A stretch of DNA of 64,000 nt from Octopus vulgaris. Lineage: Eukaryota. Location of the stretch: assembly GCA_951406725.2 (NCBI GenBank), contig OX597830.1, positions 620,001 through 684,000 of the forward strand. Direction: 5' to 3'. Positions 58,550-64,000 of this stretch are shown here, piece after piece. The notes beneath the pieces are model-generated. The model was not told the origin of the DNA. It searched no databases and saw only the letters and a list, made by a program, of their open reading frames with translations. Numbering within the stretch: position 1 is the stretch's first letter; each line of letters begins with the position of its first letter. The position numbers and the translations under genes were made by a program.

Positions 58550-59887
58550 GGGTGCACGATTAGGAAATGCATCGGCAATAACTAGATCTCCACATCTCAC
58601 ATTTGAATCTGTCTCTGAGTCGGTCAGTTTCCCAGAATGTTTATTAGATTTACTCCCTACCAGGTGAGTAAAATGACTTGACCAATCATAAATTTTACGA
58701 TAGACGAAGATTTGAAATCTAAATCACTAAACGGATAAAAGTAAAATGTAATCATCTCCGGCCATTCCAAAACGTTATTAAACACTAAAGAATTGTTGTG
58801 GATGGATGGTAATGCGTTTACAGCAGCGCCAACTATAATTTTAATGTTAGAATATGCAGTCCAGGCAAATGTCAACTCACGAATCCTGCATTGGAATTAA
58901 TATTGGTCGTCCCAGTCGTATAGGAAATGCCGGAGTGTCGAAGATAAGGCGGAATATTAAAATACGGACTTTTGTTTTCTAAGATCTATAAAAGTACAAT
59001 TCAACAGCTCGGGATACAGGCAATACTGAACGGCTATATATCAATAATGACATTGCCGATGTATTGACTTCATGTCGTATCTATGAGCATCTGAGTTCGA
59101 TCTCAGTGACACTACGTCTCAAGTAGGATATGCAATAATTTAGGGTACGACTATGATTTGTGAAGTTAATTTCCGTAGATAGAGATAGTTTCATTATAAA
59201 AAGAGAAAGCAATCAACGGCTGTAAGCATAAATATGTATCAACTGCAGTTATAATAGAATAGCAGCGATTTATCAAGAGAGACAGAGGAATTTGAAAATA
59301 CAAACAAACAACCTCTCCAAGAAAAGTCAATATATTCCAGGCTACCATGTTTTATTTAATAAAGTGCACAATTATGTTTCACTTAATACAACTTTTAATA
59401 CAAATAGCATATGTGTATGTGTGTGTATACAGAGATAGAGATAGAGAGATCGAGAGATCGAGAGAGAGAGAGAGAGAGAGAGGGATTAACGTACTTTAGA
59501 CTTTATATTAAATGGAATGAATCTCGATGAATCTAAACAAAATAATTAGCAATACCGTTTATTCCTTCCTAGATAAACTTATCCCCAAGGATATCATTTA
59601 TTAAACTACTTCACTATTTAAAGTTCTTAGAATATTTAGAAATAAATCAGACTTCACTCCCTTCCTGCCTCTCCCTCGACCTTCCTCATTACGCTAGTTT
59701 TCTTCGCTTTTTCTCTCACATGAATACAACCACCTCGATTTCAGAGAATTTATACGTACAGTCATGCATACATTCATACATACATGCATACATACATACA
59801 TACATACACACACACGCACGCAAACATATACACACGTATATATACTTGGATATACATATATGTATATGTTAGTGTGCGTGTAATGGT

Positions 59888-59938
<51 letters not shown>

Positions 59939-60194
59939 CGAAACGCGGATTAGACGAAACAGAGGCGGCTGAAGAAGGGGAATTTTCCTTGTGTTGTATG
60001 TCTTTTATGCTGTTTTTTCGTTGTTTAAGAAAAATGTTCATTTCCTTGGTTTTGTGTTTTTGTTTTCGTTTCTCATTGTGTTCGACGTTTTTTTTTGGTG
60101 TCCTTTACCCATATATGCATTTATATATACATATAGATGTAAGTACGTACATATATGTATCTATATATGCATATGTTTTATTTATTTATTAATT

Positions 60195-60228
<34 letters not shown>

Positions 60229-60439
60229 TATTACATTATATAAAAGGGCTTAGTAAAATAAATTACTTTGCCGCATACTGAACTCATTAGAAATAGCAGC
60301 TAAAAAAAACTTTTTTAAAAAACTTTTTCAAAAACTATTTCCAATACTTAAAGAAAACCTCTCTCATATAGTGTCTGCTCAATTCAACTCACGAAAGTAT
60401 GGGGGTAGAGACATTAAAAAATCAAATGCAAAGGTTATT

Positions 60440-60492
60440 TGAGAACGTACGTTTCAAGATTAGTCAAAATCGACACTTCTATCATCAGCTCA
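60440..60492 (-). ncRNA. Type I hammerhead ribozyme motif (inverted copy)
   Basis: Reverse complement tgag-CTGATGA-tagaagtgtcgattttgactaatctt-GAAA-cgtacgtt-ctca. Confidence 0.7.
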
Positions 60493-61326
60493 GAACTCCC
60501 TGGTTTGGATTTGAAAACACTGAAAGTGGGAGCATACCCTTTCGGCTTGTTATCACTTCTGAAGATCTGCTCAAAACTAACAGTACCAGCAAATTCAAAT
60601 ATGCAAGCGAAGAATTTCTGCTCTCCCCTTTCCACCAGCGTGGGTTAAAATCAGCAAACACTATGCTTTTTTCGGTAAAATCCGAGGCATTATATAGAGA
60701 GAGATGAATTATAATTTCAACAATTGAGGGTAAAATTAATTAATTAATCAATTTCACCAAGTATTCAGTATACAAAGGGACCATTTAAGGCGAATTCAAA
60801 TTATTACATTATATAAAAGGGCTTAGTAAAATAAATTACTTTGCCGCATACTGAACTCATTAGAAATAGCAGCTAAAAAAAACTTTTTTAAAAAACTTTT
60901 TCAAAAACTATTTCCAATACTTAAAGAAAACCTCTCTCTTTTTTTTAGCTGCTATTTCTAATGAGTTCAGTATGCGGCAAAGTAATTTATTTTACTAAGC
61001 CCTTTTATATAATGTAATAATTTGAATTCGCCTTAAATGGTCCCTTTGTATACTGAATACTTGGTGAAATTGATTAATTAATTAATTTTACCCTCAATTG
61101 TTGAAATTATAATTCATCTCTCTCTATATAATGCCTCGGATTTTACCGAAAAAAGCATAGTGTTTGTTGATTTTAACCCACGCTGGTGGAAAGGAGAGCA
61201 GAAATTCTTCGCTTGCATATTTGAATTTGCTGGTACTGTTAGTTTTGAGCAGATCTTCAGAAGTGATAACAAGCCGAAAGGGTATGCTCCCACTTTCAGT
61301 GTTTTCAAATCCAAACCAGGGAGTTC

Positions 61327-61379
61327 TGAGCTGTAGATAGAAGTGTCGATTTTGACTAATCTTGAAACGTACGTTCTCA
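61327..61379 (+). ncRNA. Type I hammerhead motif with altered core (CUGUAGA)
   Basis: Same as the other copies except that the core reads ctgtaga. Confidence 0.5.
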
Positions 61380-61898
61380 AATAACCTTTGCATTTGATTT
61401 TTTAATGTCTCTACCCCCATACTTTCGTGAGTTGAATTGAGCAGACACTATATGAGAGAGGTTTTCTTTAAGTATTGGAAATAGTTTTTGAAAAAGTTTT
61501 TTAAAAAAGTTTTTTTAGCTGCTATTTCTAATGAGTTCAGTATGCGGCAAAGTAATTTATTTTACTAAGCCCTTTTATATAATGTAATAATTTGAATTCG
61601 CCTTAAATGGTCCCTTTGTATACTGAATACTTGGTGAAATTGATTAATTAATTAATTTTACCCTCAATTGTTGAAATTATAATTCATCTCTCTCTATATA
61701 ATGCCTCGGATTTTACCGAAAAAAGCATAGTGTTTGCTGATTTTAACCCACGCTGGTGGAAAGGGGAGAGCAGAAATTCTTCGCTTGCATATTTGAATTT
61801 GCTGGTACTGTTAGTTTTGTGCAGATCTTCAGAAGTGATAACAAGCCGAAAGGGTATGCTCCCACTTTCAGTGTTTTCAAATCCAAACCAGGGAGTTC

Positions 61899-61951
61899 TG
61901 AGCTGATGATAGAAGTGTCGATTTTGACTAATCTTGAAACGTACGTTCTCA
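61899..61951 (+). ncRNA. Type I hammerhead ribozyme motif
   Basis: Stem I tgag/ctca; CUGAUGA at 61903-61909; imperfect stem II (aga/tct, gtc/gac); GAAA at 61936; palindromic stem III acgtacgt; predicted cleavage after GUU at 61947. Confidence 0.7.
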
Positions 61952-64000
61952 AATAACCTTTGCATTTGATTTTTTAATGTCTCTACCCCCATACTTTCGT
62001 GAGTTGAATTGAGCAGACACTATATGAGAGAGGTTTTCTTTAAGTATTGGAAATAGTTTTTGAAAAAGTTCTTTGAAAAAGTTTTTTTTAGCTGCTATTT
62101 CTAATGAGTTCAGTATGCGGCAAAGTAATTTATTTTACTAAGCCCTTTTATATAATGTAATAATTTGAATTCGCCTTAAATGGTCCCTTTGTATACTGAA
62201 TACTTGGTGAAATTGATTAATTAATTAATTTTACCCTCAATTGTTGAAATTATATATATATATATATATATACATACATATATATACACACGTATGTATG
62301 GGATACATGTTTGTATGATGGTGAAAGATAATGTTGGCGAATCAGAGACGCATCAGAAAGTGGCATCGAATGCCTCACTCTTTCTTCTGCCTCAAACTAA
62401 ACTCCCCTGACCTCAACGTTTCCTTTTCCTGTTTTGCTTCTTCGTCTTCTTTACGGCCTCTTCTTCCTCCTCCTCTTCCTCCTACTACTTATTTTTTCTC
62501 CTTCATCAACATCACAGTCTTTTCTTTAATGCATATACACTCACGCGAACACACACATACATACACACTCGATTACACTTATATACATACACACATAGAA
62601 ATGTGTTTTTGTATGCAAGTATACACGCATGCACACATATCTGTATGCATGTCCGGATGTGTATATATAAGTGTATGTTAGTGTGTGCGCGCGCGAGCAG
62701 GTGTTTATATATATATATATATATACAAGTTCAGCAAAATTTAGATTCAAATGAATATAGTACTTAAGTTGCATGCACCAGCATTTTGTATGGTGTTATC
62801 CATATAAATCCATGGGGTGATTATAATCACAATAAGCAACGAGAATATCTTCGGTAATTTGGTACGATCGTTTCTCGCTACATCATTTTATTAAACATGT
62901 TGAGCAATCATCAGCCATTTACAGAAGTTTTCCATTAATACATAATTTTCATATTAATTGATAACATTATAGAGAGGGTAAATATATAGACAGAGATGTC
63001 GATTTGAATTTTAAGAACATTAAGGTAGTAGAATTTATCTTCTGACGGAAGAATATTCTTTAAGTTATTTTGAACTGCTAGAAGGTGGAGAGGTATATTC
63101 AGTTGAATGGAGACAAGAGATTTTCTATTTATAGAAATAGGGGTGAAATAAATGTGAAAAGTTATTCCTAAAGAAATTAAAGTAGAGAGGGCGTTATAAT
63201 GCCCTAGAAGCTGTTTACTGCTATTTGGCGAACAAATTTTGTATCAAGAAAACAAGGTCAATGCTAGATGGTCAAAATGATCACCTATATACCAAAAAGT
63301 TATAGAGAATACAGAGATTCCTTTATACTTATATAGATCAGAATTATACTTAGCTAGTATTATTTTGATACGTTGGATTAAAGGAAAAATTTTGGAGAAA
63401 AATCGATCATTTATTACGAGTAGGCATAATACTCAATAACTGTGGACAAAAGTCTTATTAAGAAAGTGAATATATTAGGAGTCAAATTTTAGAAAAAATG
63501 GAAAAGGAGTAATCAAGATGAATAATTTTCTTAGGTTTAATAGAAGGTGATTTATTTTTATGAAGAGAAGTAATCAAGAAGAGTAAATTTCTCAGATTTA
63601 GTAGATAGTGAATTGTTATTAATGAATTAAATTAAAGAACCTGTTAGACATAATATTTACTACCCGCGGAGAAAAGCTAATTAGTTAGGTAAAAAATATC
63701 CTGGGTTAATGATATATTAAGAAATGGAAATGAGGTAATCAAGATGAACTGAGTAGTTTCCTAAGGGACATAGAATTTATACTATTTAATATAGGAGATT
63801 ATCAAAAGAAAAAAAAAGAGAATGTAATTCTAAATATGCAATGAAGTTATTTAGTAATCTATGCGTGTTGTATATATATATATGTATATATATATCTTTT
63901 CGAATGTGATTCTAACAGTTTTTACCATAAAACACCAAATATCTGGAATCATCTTTGGAATCGCGCTTCCCCTGGCAATTATTTGGCGATTTCTCTGTTA

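Larger units (their letters stand above)
60225..62252. mobile_element. Non-coding Penelope-type/retrozyme-like element: ~572-nt unit, ~1.25 inverted copies (60225-60937) plus ~2.3 tandem direct copies (60938-62252), inserted in (TA)n
   Basis: agctgctatttctaatgag recurs at ~60947, 61517 and 62090, and in reverse at ~60282 and 60855; copies nearly identical; one hammerhead per unit. Confidence 0.85.

Noticed and set aside
59934-60110. ccttcgaaacgcgg...ggctgaagaagggg, possible Penelope pLTR or half hammerhead
   Set aside because: Truncated by (TA)n; a complete ribozyme fold cannot be drawn.
60399-61992. Repeated 98-102 aa ORF MGVETLKNQMQR...
   Set aside because: Antisense to the hammerhead strand, frameshifted in one copy, no recognisable domain, and no equivalent ORF in the sister element at 24.7 kb.
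62780-64000. Possible very old LINE remnant (also 23100-23760 and 49600-50150)
   Set aside because: Only faint motif hints; not supportable without a profile search.

Overview
AT-rich, microsatellite-dense eukaryotic (metazoan) DNA made almost entirely of transposable elements. The SINE and repeat types look like those of octopus/coleoid cephalopods, but the species is an inference. No intact host gene is supported. Contents: (1) a head-to-tail array (1-4757) and a dispersed diverged copy (11918-13620) of a ~1.75-kb ORF1-only, CCHC zinc-knuckle non-LTR element (HAL1/HeT-A-like). Its 3' tail is shared with a Tx1/L1-clade LINE fragment and with a tRNA-derived SINE in the same window, and a decayed ORF1+ORF2 relative lies at 47-49 kb. 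(2) Helitron-type non-autonomous elements. (3) A ~10.6-kb (TA)n block holding two CR1-group APE-RT LINEs and several short LINE-tail fragments that share breakpoints. (4) R4/Dong-type remnants next to (TAA)n. (5) Penelope-type elements carrying at least six type I hammerhead ribozyme motifs, including a non-coding ~572-nt unit in tandem plus inverted arrangement (retrozyme-like) at 60.2-62.25 kb and a diverged ~593-nt relative at 24.7-25.3 kb. Most short ORFs in the track are microsatellite or antisense artefacts. All coordinates and alignments were read by eye.
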